DNA of 64,000 bases from an uncultured Candidatus Saccharibacteria bacterium (GTDB lineage: Bacteria; Patescibacteriota; Saccharimonadia; Saccharimonadales; JAGQNJ01). A program made the position numbers and the translations under genes. The DNA is taken from positions 1,250 through 65,249 of the forward strand of contig CAZEED010000004.1 in the NCBI GenBank assembly GCA_964510945.1, in the 5' to 3' direction. Under the pieces are notes generated by a model. It made no database searches. It had not been told where the DNA came from and worked only from the letters and a program-made list of their open reading frames with translations. Positions 9,885 through 19,936 of the stretch are shown piece by piece (positions within the stretch are counted from its first letter, which is position 1; every line of letters starts with the position of its first letter).

Positions 9885-11705
9885 ATGAAAATATCAGATG
9901 CACTAGTTGAGAAATTAATCCTCAATGCCAAAATAACAACAAAAGAAAAACTGAATAAATTGCGTGAAGAGGCCACCGCAGAAAAATCCAGTCTGCAAGC
10001 TATGGTCATAAAAAACGAGCTTATAGATGAGAAGGGTCTGGTAAAGCTATATTCCGAAGAAGCTGAAGTACCATTCATCGACCTCAACCCCAAAGAAATC
10101 AAACGAGAAGTGCTAAGACTAATCCCTGAGCGAATTGCCAAACAGTACAACGCCGTAGTTTTTGATGTCGATGAAAAGGGTAGCAAGTTACTTGCTATGG
10201 AAGATCCCGATGATATCCAAGCAGTTAACTTCTTACAAAAGCAATTAGGTACAAACTTAAAGGTTTATGTCGCTTCATCCGCCGCGATTCAGTCAGCCAT
10301 CGATCAGTACAAGGGCAATATTGGCAGCGAACTGACAAAAGTTATTTCTGACGGCGAGGAAGAAGACGCTAAAGATAGTGAAGATGAGGTCAGCAAAGAT
10401 GAGCTCGCCGAGGACTCACCTGTCGCTCAAACCGTTAATTTGCTAATTGAATACGCCATTAAAGCAGGCGCCAGCGATATCCATATCGAGCCACGCGAAA
10501 ATCACGTTCTGATTAGATATCGTGTTGATGGAGTGCTTCGCGAAGCCAACAAATTACCAAAAAAAGTTATTGCGGCATTGATCTCACGTATTAAAATCCT
10601 AGCAAATTTAAAAATTGATGAACACCGCGCGCCTCAAGATGGTCGGTTTAAGATATCTGTGTCTGGTCAAGTATATGCCCTGCGCGTGTCAACCCTACCA
10701 ATCATGGACGGCGAAAAAGTGGTAATGAGAATCCTTAACGAATCAAGCGAAGCACTAACCCTAGAAGACCTAGGCTATTGGGGGCATTCATTAGATTGCG
10801 TTAATCGCGCAATGACTCAGCCTTACGGAATGATCTTGGTTACAGGCCCAACTGGTTCGGGAAAGTCCACCAGCTTATTTAGCGTTCTTAACAAAATCAG
10901 CAAGCCATCAGTCAATATTTCTACCGTAGAAGACCCAGTCGAATACCGTATTGGCGGCGCCAATCAAACACAGGTTAATCCAATTGCCGGAATGACATTC
11001 GTTAATGGCTTGCGTGCCCTACTGCGACAAGACCCTAATATCATTATGGTTGGAGAGATTCGCGATACCGAAACAGCTAACCTTGCCATCCAAGCTGCTC
11101 TAACTGGACACCTAGTCTTCTCAACATTACATACCAACAATGCTGCCACATGCTTGCCTAGATTATTAGATATGGATGTCGAGCCATTTTTAATTGCCTC
11201 TACCGTCAGGGCTGTAATTGGACAACGTTTAGTGCGCCGACTTTGTGTCGACTGCAGGGAAGTCTACGAACCAGACGAGGCAGCCCAAAAACAATTAGCT
11301 AACATTTTCCATACCGATGACCCAGCCACCATGAAACATATCAATGAGCTCGAACAGCAAGCGCTAGCAGCAGGACTAGGTAAAACAAATACCAGCAAAA
11401 CTCGAAAGGAAGACACCTCTGAACTCGGCACAACTGCTACAAAAGTTATCAAGCTCTGGCGCGCTCACGATGGTGGGTGCGACAACTGCAACCATACTGG
11501 CTATAAAGGGAGGATGGGAATATATGAAGTCTTGGATATTACAAATGAGATTCAAAAACAAATAGTAGCAAGTGCCACAAGCGATGCCCTACAACAGCAA
11601 GCGATTAAGGACGGCATGGTCACTATGCAACTTGATGGATTCATAAAAGCTCTTCGAGCTCAAACCTCAATCGAAGAATTACTACGCGTAACAACCGAAA
11701 CATAA
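9885..11705 (+). CDS. pilB: Type IV pilus assembly ATPase PilB (GspE family)
   Basis: N-terminal T2SSE_N-like domain, Walker A GPTGSGKST, MVGEIRD, and a tetracysteine CxxC...CxxC. Confidence 0.92.
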   Translation: MKISDALVEKLILNAKITTKEKLNKLREEATAEKSSLQAMVIKNELIDEKGLVKLYSEEAEVPFIDLNPKEIKREVLRLIPERIAKQYNAVVFDVDEKGSKLLAMEDPDDIQAVNFLQKQLGTNLKVYVASSAAIQSAIDQYKGNIGSELTKVISDGEEEDAKDSEDEVSKDELAEDSPVAQTVNLLIEYAIKAGASDIHIEPRENHVLIRYRVDGVLREANKLPKKVIAALISRIKILANLKIDEHRAPQDGRFKISVSGQVYALRVSTLPIMDGEKVVMRILNESSEALTLEDLGYWGHSLDCVNRAMTQPYGMILVTGPTGSGKSTSLFSVLNKISKPSVNISTVEDPVEYRIGGANQTQVNPIAGMTFVNGLRALLRQDPNIIMVGEIRDTETANLAIQAALTGHLVFSTLHTNNAATCLPRLLDMDVEPFLIASTVRAVIGQRLVRRLCVDCREVYEPDEAAQKQLANIFHTDDPATMKHINELEQQALAAGLGKTNTSKTRKEDTSELGTTATKVIKLWRAHDGGCDNCNHTGYKGRMGIYEVLDITNEIQKQIVASATSDALQQQAIKDGMVTMQLDGFIKALRAQTSIEELLRVTTET

Positions 11706-11712
11706 AATTCTC

Positions 11713-12939
11713 ATGGCCATATTCAAATACACTGCAAACACTAAAGACGACAAGACCGTTAATGGCTCTAGCGAGTCGCCAAATAAAGAAGCCTTAATCT
11801 CTAGCTTACGAAAGCAAGGTTTAACGCCTTTGGTCGTCAGAGAAGAAGGCTCAAGTTCAAAATTCTTTGCCAACTTTGGTAAATCAAAAAAAGTTAAGAT
11901 AAAAGATCTGGCCGTCTTTAACCGACAGCTATCCACGATGGTGTCAGCCGGTGTTCCGTTAAATCGAGCGCTCGACACCTTAAAGGAACAAACCAAGAAC
12001 AAATATTTTAAAGAAGTCATTGCGGGAGTATCAAAAGAAGTACAGGGTGGAACACCACTGGCTGACGGTTTCGCAAAATACCCAAGGGTATTTAACGACG
12101 TTTATGTAAATATGGTTAGAGCTGGTGAAGCCGGCGGAATCTTAGACGAAATCTTAAAACGCTTAGCCATTCAGATCGAAAGCGATTCTAGTATGAAAAA
12201 ACGAATAAAATCGGCTATGGCTTATCCTGTCGTGATTTTAACAGTTACAATTTTCGCTTTTTTTGGAATTATGATATTTATTATCCCAAAAATCGGTGCG
12301 ATCATTAAAGATCTGGGTGGCGGCGAAGACTCACTGCCCGTCTATACCCGCGCGATGCTCTCGATCAGCGGTTTTATGCAACATAATGCCATATTTATAG
12401 TTGTCGGGGTTGCGCTATCAGTATTTATATTTAAAAGATGGGCCCGTTCGCCTAAAGGCAAGAAACAATTTCATGGGTTGCTTCTCAAGACACCAGTTGT
12501 GAGTAACGTAATAATAAAAATAGCGATCGCCAGATTCGCCAGAACCTTTGCATCGTTAATGTCATCAGGGGTTGGCGTTTTAGATGCCCTCGAGGTAACA
12601 GGTGGTGCTATAGGTAACCTTGTTATAGAAGACGAACTGAAAGCAGCGGCTAAAGAAGTCAAAAATGGTAAACAATTATCCGAACCTTTATCAAAAAGTA
12701 AGCATTTTCCACCTATTGTTGCTCAGATGTTAGCTGTTGGTGAAGAATCGGGAAAAATTGACACAATTTTGGTAAAAGTTGCTGATTTTTACGAAGAAGA
12801 TGTAGAAACCGCCATTGACGGTCTAGCCTCGATAATTGAACCAATTATGATTATCTTACTGGGAACAGTAGTCGGTATCATAGCTGCGAGCGTTATGGGG
12901 CCAATAGCAGGACTAAGTAAAAGTGTCGGTAATCAATAG
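11713..12939 (+). CDS. pilC: Type IV pilus platform protein PilC (GspF family)
   Basis: Two T2SSF repeats, three TM segments, and ML.VGEESG. Confidence 0.92.
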   Translation: MAIFKYTANTKDDKTVNGSSESPNKEALISSLRKQGLTPLVVREEGSSSKFFANFGKSKKVKIKDLAVFNRQLSTMVSAGVPLNRALDTLKEQTKNKYFKEVIAGVSKEVQGGTPLADGFAKYPRVFNDVYVNMVRAGEAGGILDEILKRLAIQIESDSSMKKRIKSAMAYPVVILTVTIFAFFGIMIFIIPKIGAIIKDLGGGEDSLPVYTRAMLSISGFMQHNAIFIVVGVALSVFIFKRWARSPKGKKQFHGLLLKTPVVSNVIIKIAIARFARTFASLMSSGVGVLDALEVTGGAIGNLVIEDELKAAAKEVKNGKQLSEPLSKSKHFPPIVAQMLAVGEESGKIDTILVKVADFYEEDVETAIDGLASIIEPIMIILLGTVVGIIAASVMGPIAGLSKSVGNQ

Positions 12940-12964
12940 CAGTGGATAAGTATATAAAAAATAC

Positions 12965-12992
12965 TTGACGACTAGTCGCTTATGTTTATAAT
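12965..12992 (+). promoter_or_regulatory. Sigma70-type promoter of the major pilin gene
   Basis: TTGACG (12965..12970), 16 nt spacer, TATAAT (12987..12992). An AGGAGG RBS precedes the ATG at 13083. Confidence 0.5.
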
Positions 12993-13082
12993 TAAGCCTA
13001 GTTAGGCCTGCTATTGGTATATAAGCCGATGTAACCTACGCTTACAACATAATAAAAATAATCATAAGGAGGGTGGGTCCAA

Positions 13083-13538
13083 ATGACTTCACTAAAACGT
13101 AAACAAGGCGGTTTCACAATCATCGAACTATTGATCGTGATTATAGTTATCGGCATCTTAGCTACGCTTGTAATAACAACATTCAGTGGTATACAAAGGA
13201 ATGCACGCAACAGAACTAGAGAGGCTGACGTCAATGCTCTACATAGTCAGCTAGAGTACTACTACGGACAAAACGGAGTATATCCAACTCTTGCTAACAT
13301 GAACGATTCTGCGTTTAGAACAGCTAGCATGAAAGGTCTAGATGCTGGTGCACTATCAGATCCTTCTAACCCTACTGTCGAAACGCTTGTAAATGCTCCT
13401 GCAGCTGGCGCATACGCATACGCAGTACTTGCTGACGATGACACAGCTTGTAACAACACCACAAAAGATTGTACAAAGTACACTCTTACAGCAACCTACG
13501 AAGGTGGCGGTACGTTCGTAAAGAATAGCCTTAACTAA
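13083..13538 (+). CDS. pilA: Major type IV pilin
   Basis: KRKQGG|FTIIELLIVIIVIGILA. It has its own strong promoter, RBS and terminator. Confidence 0.85.
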   Translation: MTSLKRKQGGFTIIELLIVIIVIGILATLVITTFSGIQRNARNRTREADVNALHSQLEYYYGQNGVYPTLANMNDSAFRTASMKGLDAGALSDPSNPTVETLVNAPAAGAYAYAVLADDDTACNNTTKDCTKYTLTATYEGGGTFVKNSLN

Positions 13539-13554
13539 ACATAAGGTTTTCTAC

Positions 13555-13590
13555 AAAAAACAGGTTCAGAATGCTGAACCTGTTTTTTTA
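13555..13590 (+). terminator. Rho-independent terminator after pilA
   Basis: CAGGTTCAG-AATG-CTGAACCTG stem-loop followed by TTTTTTT. Confidence 0.7.
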
Positions 13591-13623
13591 TCGTTGCTTA
13601 AAGATGGTAAAGTAGTACTAAGC

Positions 13624-14046
13624 ATGAGAATTATAAAAACAAGATCGAGCGGTTTTGCTACAGTCGAATTACTGGTGACAATTATTATAATTGGGCTGGT
13701 TTTAAGTGCCTTTATAACCACCTACAATACAATCCAAAACATCAACAAAAAAGCCCGGGATATTCAAAAATCTAATATAGTTGCATTCGAAAAACTCCAA
13801 AAGTACGAGAACACTGATTATTCCAGTTTACCGAATTCATCTGTTAATGGTGCGTGGGATGAAATTGAAGATTTTAGTTCCGAAATTCCTGATTCCGTTG
13901 ATTCACCGAGAGTCGGAAAGGCTTATGTTAGCACAAGTTCAAACACCCTAAAACAAATTGGTGTTCAAGTTGAGTTTGGTTCTGGATCGAGCAAGCAAAC
14001 TATTACTTATGTTACCTATATCCAAAAACATGGAGTTGGGCGATGA
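13624..14046 (+). CDS. Minor (pseudo)pilin
   Basis: MRIIKTRSSG|FATVELLVTIIIIGLVL. The start was moved to the ATG at 13624. Confidence 0.7.
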   Translation: MRIIKTRSSGFATVELLVTIIIIGLVLSAFITTYNTIQNINKKARDIQKSNIVAFEKLQKYENTDYSSLPNSSVNGAWDEIEDFSSEIPDSVDSPRVGKAYVSTSSNTLKQIGVQVEFGSGSSKQTITYVTYIQKHGVGR

Positions 14047-14768
14047 TACATAACTCAAGACAAAGAGGTTTCACACTAATCGAGGTCTTAGTCGTCGCTC
14101 CATTAATGATGGTAACTATCATAATAATGATGACCTATCTATTTAATCTTTTTGGTCAACTAACTCAAGAAGGGGCAAGTTTAAGACTCACTACCGATGC
14201 GCAACTCATAACCCTTGCACTTCAGGATGATGTCTATTTCGCCAATGCTTTCGTTAACTCCACAAACGCTGGTCTCAGCGACACTTATGCTCCAAACGGA
14301 GGCTGGACATACAACTCTACTCCAAAGACTCTTATTATTTCTACGCCCGCACTAACTAAGAATAACCGCGACCCTAATCGGCAGCCAGTATACATTAATA
14401 CCGAAGGCTGTGACCCAGCAAACTTACAAAATAATAGCGCTCTATTTAACAATATTATAGTTTTTGTGAGTGGCACAAAACTATACAAAAGAATTTTAAC
14501 CGCGCCTAACACCCTAGCAACCTGTGGAACTAGCTATGAGAAACAGACTTGTCCAGAAGACCATAGTTCAACTTCGTGTCCGAAAGATATACTATTATCG
14601 GATAAACTTAGTAGTTTTAAAGTTACCTATTTTGATTCAAATAATGTTGAAGTAACTAACCCCGAACAAGCCCAACTCATCAAAGTAGAAATTATTTTAA
14701 AAGATAGAGCCTATGCAGAAGATATTTACGGAGATTCTAGCATAACGCTCAAAAGGTTGAACCAATGA
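14043..14768 (+). CDS. Minor (pseudo)pilin
   Basis: SRQRG|FTLIEVLVVAPLMM. It has 4-nt overlaps with both neighbours. Confidence 0.75.
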   Translation: MIHNSRQRGFTLIEVLVVAPLMMVTIIIMMTYLFNLFGQLTQEGASLRLTTDAQLITLALQDDVYFANAFVNSTNAGLSDTYAPNGGWTYNSTPKTLIISTPALTKNNRDPNRQPVYINTEGCDPANLQNNSALFNNIIVFVSGTKLYKRILTAPNTLATCGTSYEKQTCPEDHSSTSCPKDILLSDKLSSFKVTYFDSNNVEVTNPEQAQLIKVEIILKDRAYAEDIYGDSSITLKRLNQ

Positions 14769-16657
14769 TAATAAAAATCTTTAATAACTTACTAAAAAAT
14801 AGCAACGAAAACGGCTTTGCATTACCAACAATAATTTTATTAACCCTAATTATGTCATTCGTAGCTTACGCTGCCTTAATCCAATCTAACAATAATTTGA
14901 ATCTTGCCTACAAGCAAACATATATTCAAATTGCTCGAACCGCATCAAAATCTGCAATTGATTATGCGCAAGAGCAATTCGACAGTTCAATATGCGGAGC
15001 ATACAGTGGTACGCCAGAGACAAATATAATTGTTAACGACAGGTATCGAGTCACAATCAAAGCTGAAGTTCTTGATACAAGTTCAGACGGTTTTGAAAAA
15101 ACAATAAAAGCTACTGGAAGTGTTTATCTGCCTAAAACTACCTCAAATGCAAAATACATCTTCGATATACGATCTGAAATAGTCCGAACATTTGCACTAT
15201 GTAAAACGCCAGATAACTTTAATCCGATAGTGTGGCTTGATGCGAGCGACACCAGCACACTTAAAAAATCAAACATCAGTACACAAACAGTCAACTACAC
15301 AACAACTTTCGGCAACGCTAATGACAGCACCAGAGATACAATTGAAGAACGTCAAGACAACGGTACTCAAACTACAGGTTCATGGCAGAGTAACGACCTA
15401 GAAATGCATGATTGTGACATAAGTGAATTCTCGAGTGCAATTTGTAATAGTAATTCAACAAAACGCTTATATACGGGTATTGTTTTTAAAAATACTACAA
15501 TCCCAAAAAACGCCAATATAACTTCAGCAACACTTTCGTTCGTTGGGGGCACTCCAGCCGGTTCTAGTGGGTCACTAACTCATAAGCTAATGGGTCTATA
15601 TCAATCATCCAGCAACCCGCATCTAAATCTATTCTCCAGCTCTGGTACAAACCAGGTCAGGACTCCAACAATCACCCTAAATAGCCATACGGCGAGCACA
15701 ATTAACTTTCAAACTAACAACTTCCCCCCCGGCAACACATTAGGGGTAGACGTAAAAAGCGTAGTACAAGAAATGGTAAATAACGCAAACTGGTCAGATG
15801 GCAATTTAGGCTTTGGATTATCTTATGTTAGTGGAAACGGAACACGCAGAGCAAAAAAGAATGGATTAATGTTATCCGTCACATATACATCTAACGCCGG
15901 AAATACTCAGGCGAATAACAATGAGGCAATATCGCAGTGGGACGACAAGTCAATCTATGGCAATAACGCTATCTTTACTCATGGAACCGCCCCTACTCGC
16001 GTCGATAATCAGATAAATAATAAGACGATAGTTAGATTTGCTGGCGGAGATTTACTAAGCACCTTAAGTCAACCACTTAACTCAAAACGAGAAATGACTG
16101 TCATTGGCGTGATAAAACCAAACTTGTCGGCTTCAGATACAGATTCTAGGATAGTATCAGGCATGAACAGTGCTTATAACAACGACACCGACGGTGTGCA
16201 TAGTATTATTCCACTAATGCGTGACGCAAGCACTTCAGGCTTCACTAACGTCTATGCTTCAAATGTCGCTCAGTATAAAAACTCGTTTACCTGTGGCTCT
16301 AATTGCGAAGATAAAACAGATATAGTATCTTCATATTTTACTTCAACTGATTCTACGAAAACTTCTTCGATGCTAAAACTAAATGGCACAATTGGGGCAG
16401 AAAAAAATAATATCGCCCCAACACCTCCCTACACCTACAGCATCAATCAACTATACTTTGGCGGTAACAGAACGGGGGCAATGCCAGGTAGCGGACAAAA
16501 ATACACCTATGGTGATTTTGCTGAAATAATCGTTTATGATCATGCTCTCAGCTGTAGGGATGTAGAATCTCTTGAAGAATACTTAAGGTCGAAATGGAAC
16601 GTATATAACAGCCCAGCTGAATCAATCTGTCCCGCCAACACAATCCCAACTCTGTAA
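14765..16657 (+). CDS. PilX-N-type pilus protein with C-terminal LamG/ConA-like domain (candidate tip adhesin)
   Basis: The N-terminus NGFALPTIILLTLIMSFVAYAAL is PilX_N-like and has no E5. The C-terminus ...LYFGGNR...YTYGDFAEIIVYDHALSCRDVESLEEYLRSKWN is the typical end of Laminin_G_3 domains. Confidence 0.6.
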   Translation: MIIKIFNNLLKNSNENGFALPTIILLTLIMSFVAYAALIQSNNNLNLAYKQTYIQIARTASKSAIDYAQEQFDSSICGAYSGTPETNIIVNDRYRVTIKAEVLDTSSDGFEKTIKATGSVYLPKTTSNAKYIFDIRSEIVRTFALCKTPDNFNPIVWLDASDTSTLKKSNISTQTVNYTTTFGNANDSTRDTIEERQDNGTQTTGSWQSNDLEMHDCDISEFSSAICNSNSTKRLYTGIVFKNTTIPKNANITSATLSFVGGTPAGSSGSLTHKLMGLYQSSSNPHLNLFSSSGTNQVRTPTITLNSHTASTINFQTNNFPPGNTLGVDVKSVVQEMVNNANWSDGNLGFGLSYVSGNGTRRAKKNGLMLSVTYTSNAGNTQANNNEAISQWDDKSIYGNNAIFTHGTAPTRVDNQINNKTIVRFAGGDLLSTLSQPLNSKREMTVIGVIKPNLSASDTDSRIVSGMNSAYNNDTDGVHSIIPLMRDASTSGFTNVYASNVAQYKNSFTCGSNCEDKTDIVSSYFTSTDSTKTSSMLKLNGTIGAEKNNIAPTPPYTYSINQLYFGGNRTGAMPGSGQKYTYGDFAEIIVYDHALSCRDVESLEEYLRSKWNVYNSPAESICPANTIPTL

Positions 16658-16711
16658 AAACACTTTTTTTTGCTATACTAATGTTAAGTGCTAATGCTTA
16701 TATAAACTATC

Positions 16712-17773
16712 ATGGAAAAATCATTTTTTTACAAAGACAAACCATTATTCGGTTTAGATATCGGGTTCAATAGTGTTAAGGTTATGCAGCTTGAAAAGCA
16801 TAACGAGGTCCACCATGTAGTCGGATATGGCGTTGCGACATTTAAGGAAGCAGCAATCAACAAAGGCATGATTATTGATCATGAATCCGTAGCCAAAGCC
16901 GTACAAGAATTATTCGAAAAAAACTTAGTAGGCGAGATTACTACAAAAAGAGTGGCTTTTTCTGTTCCTGCTGCCCGAACTTTTAGCAGAATATTACACC
17001 TCCCAAAACTAGATAAAAAAGATCTATTAGAAGCAGTAAGGCTCGAGGCCGAACAATACATCCCAGTACCTATCGGTGATCTATATTTAGACTTTACTAC
17101 AATAAGACAAACCGATAAGAATATTGATGTTTTGGCGGTTGCAGTCCCAAAAAAAATTATAGACTCGTATCTTCAGCTCTCAAGAATGCTTGGTCTAGAA
17201 GCTGTGGTTATGGAGACAACTACCGGATCAACAGATAGATTATTCCGATATACCGATCAGCACAATGTCCCATCAGTCTTAATTGATTTTGGATCTGTAT
17301 CAGCTGATATTACGGTTTACGATAAGTATATGGCCGTTACCGGGACAGTCCCTGGTGGTGGTGACGACTTTACAAACCTCATTGCCAGTAAATTAAATGT
17401 CACGAAAGACGAAGCGCATCTAATTAAAGTAAAATACGGACTAGGCGCCAGTAAGAAACAATCTGAGATCGTTGAAGCAGTTACCCCAACACTAAACCAA
17501 ACGCTCAAAGAAATAAAACGAATGGTTAGATATTACGAAGAAAGAAGCGAGTCTAACAAAAAGATTGAACAAGTAGTTACCTTCGGTGGCGGAGCTAATG
17601 TTCCCGGCTTAAGCGAATATTTAATAAACGCCCTTAGAATCCCTGTTCGTGCTTGTGATCCCTGGAATCACATAATTTTTAAACACATAAAAGAACCAAA
17701 CGGGGCTGAAAGATCTATGTATATTACTGCGGCAAGTTTAGGGCTAATAAACCCGAAAGGGATATTTGCATGA
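16712..17773 (+). CDS. pilM: Type IV pilus assembly protein PilM (actin-like ATPase fold)
   Basis: LFGLDIGFNSVKVMQL start, ..VVTFGGGANVPGL.. and matching size. Confidence 0.85.
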   Translation: MEKSFFYKDKPLFGLDIGFNSVKVMQLEKHNEVHHVVGYGVATFKEAAINKGMIIDHESVAKAVQELFEKNLVGEITTKRVAFSVPAARTFSRILHLPKLDKKDLLEAVRLEAEQYIPVPIGDLYLDFTTIRQTDKNIDVLAVAVPKKIIDSYLQLSRMLGLEAVVMETTTGSTDRLFRYTDQHNVPSVLIDFGSVSADITVYDKYMAVTGTVPGGGDDFTNLIASKLNVTKDEAHLIKVKYGLGASKKQSEIVEAVTPTLNQTLKEIKRMVRYYEERSESNKKIEQVVTFGGGANVPGLSEYLINALRIPVRACDPWNHIIFKHIKEPNGAERSMYITAASLGLINPKGIFA

Positions 17774-18378
17774 TCAACTTGCTGCCTAATGACAAAAAAA
17801 GCAATATCATCTACGCTCGTAAAAACACCCTGCTTCTAAGATGGAGTCTATTACTTGTAGTTGCGACAATTATTGTGGTTGTGTTGATTGGAGCCGGAAA
17901 TCTATACATCAAGGCCGCTGAGAAAAGCTACAATAAACAAATTGCCGATACCACGCAAACCCTTCAGTCTGAAAATCTAACTGAGACCCAAAAGAAGATA
18001 ACTGATTTATCTAATAACGTAACTTTAATCCAAAAAGTACTAGAAAATACAATATTATTCTCTAAGTTATTAAAGCAAGCTGGCGCTGTAATGCCTCCGG
18101 GCACAGTCTTGTCAAACCTAGAAATTTCAAAAGTTGAAGGTGGGATAGATTTAACAGCTCAAGCAAAAGATTATAAATCAGCCACACAAATTCAAGTTAA
18201 CTTAGCAGACCCTGATAATAAAGTATTCGAAAAAGTTGATATCATATCAATAAATTGCAACAAAGCTGAAGCTTCAGATACCGGCTACGCTTGCGTAGCT
18301 AACCTTCGCGCACTCTTCGGAGACAATAGTCCCTATTTATTCATTACAAAAACTACCAAGTCGGAGTCCAAGCCATGA
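17770..18378 (+). CDS. pilN: PilN-like bitopic protein
   Basis: MINLLP start, a single TM, and coupling to pilM. Confidence 0.65.
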   Translation: MINLLPNDKKSNIIYARKNTLLLRWSLLLVVATIIVVVLIGAGNLYIKAAEKSYNKQIADTTQTLQSENLTETQKKITDLSNNVTLIQKVLENTILFSKLLKQAGAVMPPGTVLSNLEISKVEGGIDLTAQAKDYKSATQIQVNLADPDNKVFEKVDIISINCNKAEASDTGYACVANLRALFGDNSPYLFITKTTKSESKP

Positions 18379-19028
18379 CTAGCAAAAAAGTCTATTGGGG
18401 AATGTGCTCATTATTTTGTCTGCTGATAATTGGATTTTTTGGTTCAATCTTATTCGGAAATTCAATATTAAAACAAAGTGCATCTTCACTGTTAGACCTC
18501 AAGCTAAAAAGCCGGATACTCAACGAACAACAAACTGCGCTAACAAAGGCCAAAAATGACATAGAAAAGTACCAAGATTTTGATAAAATTGCAAAAACAG
18601 TAGTACCGCAGGATAAAGATCAAGCTAAAGCAGTCAGAGAAATTATCAAGATGGCTGATCAAAGCAACATAAATATCGGGAGCATCGCCTTCCCGGCATC
18701 TGACCTAGGTGATAATAGCGGGACCAAATCAACTGTTAATCAAAATCCAGACGCACCTAAATCGGCAGCCGAACAAACCCCGGCATCTTCAAAATCTGCT
18801 GTTTCACAGGCAGTCCCAGTACCAGGAGTCTCGGGAGTATACTCATTAGAAATGAACATAATGCAAGATTCACCACCGGTTACTTTCACGCAACTTCTAA
18901 CTTTCTTGAAACTTCTCGAAAATAACCGCAGAACTGCGCAAGTAACACAGATTAGAATCGACCCAATTCCGAATAGCCCAAACCTTACATTCACACTAAC
19001 CATTAATATTTTTATAAAACCATCATGA
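18375..19028 (+). CDS. PilO-like bitopic protein
   Basis: Single N-terminal TM plus coiled coil. Assignment rests on its position after pilN. Confidence 0.5.
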   Translation: MTSKKVYWGMCSLFCLLIIGFFGSILFGNSILKQSASSLLDLKLKSRILNEQQTALTKAKNDIEKYQDFDKIAKTVVPQDKDQAKAVREIIKMADQSNINIGSIAFPASDLGDNSGTKSTVNQNPDAPKSAAEQTPASSKSAVSQAVPVPGVSGVYSLEMNIMQDSPPVTFTQLLTFLKLLENNRRTAQVTQIRIDPIPNSPNLTFTLTINIFIKPS

Positions 19029-19324
19029 AATTAGATATAAATAAAATACCCGTATTACTCTCGCGACTCAAAGATCTTATCAAGCCATATATCGGTTTTG
19101 TGATTGTTATCGTTATCCTAGGGATGTACGGTGTTGTAATCTGGCAAGTCAGGGCTTACGTCACTCAAGAACCCTCTGAGATAAAAGTTGCACAGGAGCT
19201 AACTACAATAAATATCCCGAAAGTTGACGAGGAAGCTATAAACCGAATCACTCAATTAGAAGACAGAAATATCCAGGTAAAAGCCTTATTTGAAGATGCT
19301 CGCCAAAACCCATTCAACGAATAA
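19025..19324 (+). CDS. Small single-TM protein, last gene of the pilus operon
   Basis: Overlaps the upstream gene by 4 nt and has one TM (IGFVIVIVILGMYGVVIW). Confidence 0.4.
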   Translation: MKLDINKIPVLLSRLKDLIKPYIGFVIVIVILGMYGVVIWQVRAYVTQEPSEIKVAQELTTINIPKVDEEAINRITQLEDRNIQVKALFEDARQNPFNE

Positions 19325-19327
19325 CAA

Positions 19328-19924
19328 TTAATTACCGTAGTGTTTTAAATTAACCTCGTGAGAGTTGATTATAACTTTTGAAGCTTTATATGGATTAGGC
19401 ACGTAATTAAACACATAGTTATTTTGTTCGCCGGCAGTTTCTATAGTTAGTGTTCCATAGTTATAGGCTCTGGCCAAAAATGACTTTTGTTCAACTGTAA
19501 CATCTTGCGCGTCACCAATTCCTAGTTGAGATACTTTTCTTGAGAATATTGTTATATATATCACTTGGGCAATTTTTTCATTGGTAACAAATATTACATT
19601 ATGAGTGTATAAAAAACCATTAATGTATGTAACAACTCCAATACCTACTGAAAGCAAAAACCCGATAAAAACTACTACCGATTCATAACCACCTAGACCA
19701 AAACTTTCTATTAAACCGCTCGATACTAGACCAGTAACGACTGCAATCAGTGAGAAAGCAATAAATATTCCGGTTATATAAATAAAGAATAATCCAATTG
19801 GATGTTTTCGTATTTCTAACAATAACTCCTCATCCGGATCAAATTCAATTAAGTCAAAGCACTTTCGCCCAAGGCTAGACAGACGGTGCATACCTTGTTT
19901 TTTCGCTGAATCACCTTTGTCCAT
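19328..19924 (-). CDS. Membrane protein with bacterial PH (YdbS/YdbT-like) domain
   Basis: LLEIRKHPIGLF, followed by two TM segments and a C-terminal beta-rich domain. Confidence 0.6.
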   Translation of the reverse strand: MDKGDSAKKQGMHRLSSLGRKCFDLIEFDPDEELLLEIRKHPIGLFFIYITGIFIAFSLIAVVTGLVSSGLIESFGLGGYESVVVFIGFLLSVGIGVVTYINGFLYTHNVIFVTNEKIAQVIYITIFSRKVSQLGIGDAQDVTVEQKSFLARAYNYGTLTIETAGEQNNYVFNYVPNPYKASKVIINSHEVNLKHYGN

Positions 19925-19936
19925 AATTAACGCTAA

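Noticed and set aside
13555-13590. Possibility that the pilA hairpin is a regulatory attenuator rather than a terminator
   Set aside because: The next gene has its own start only about 35 nt later and the hairpin has a canonical U-tract. Partial read-through termination is the ordinary way to set the major-to-minor pilin stoichiometry, so nothing unusual needs to be invoked.
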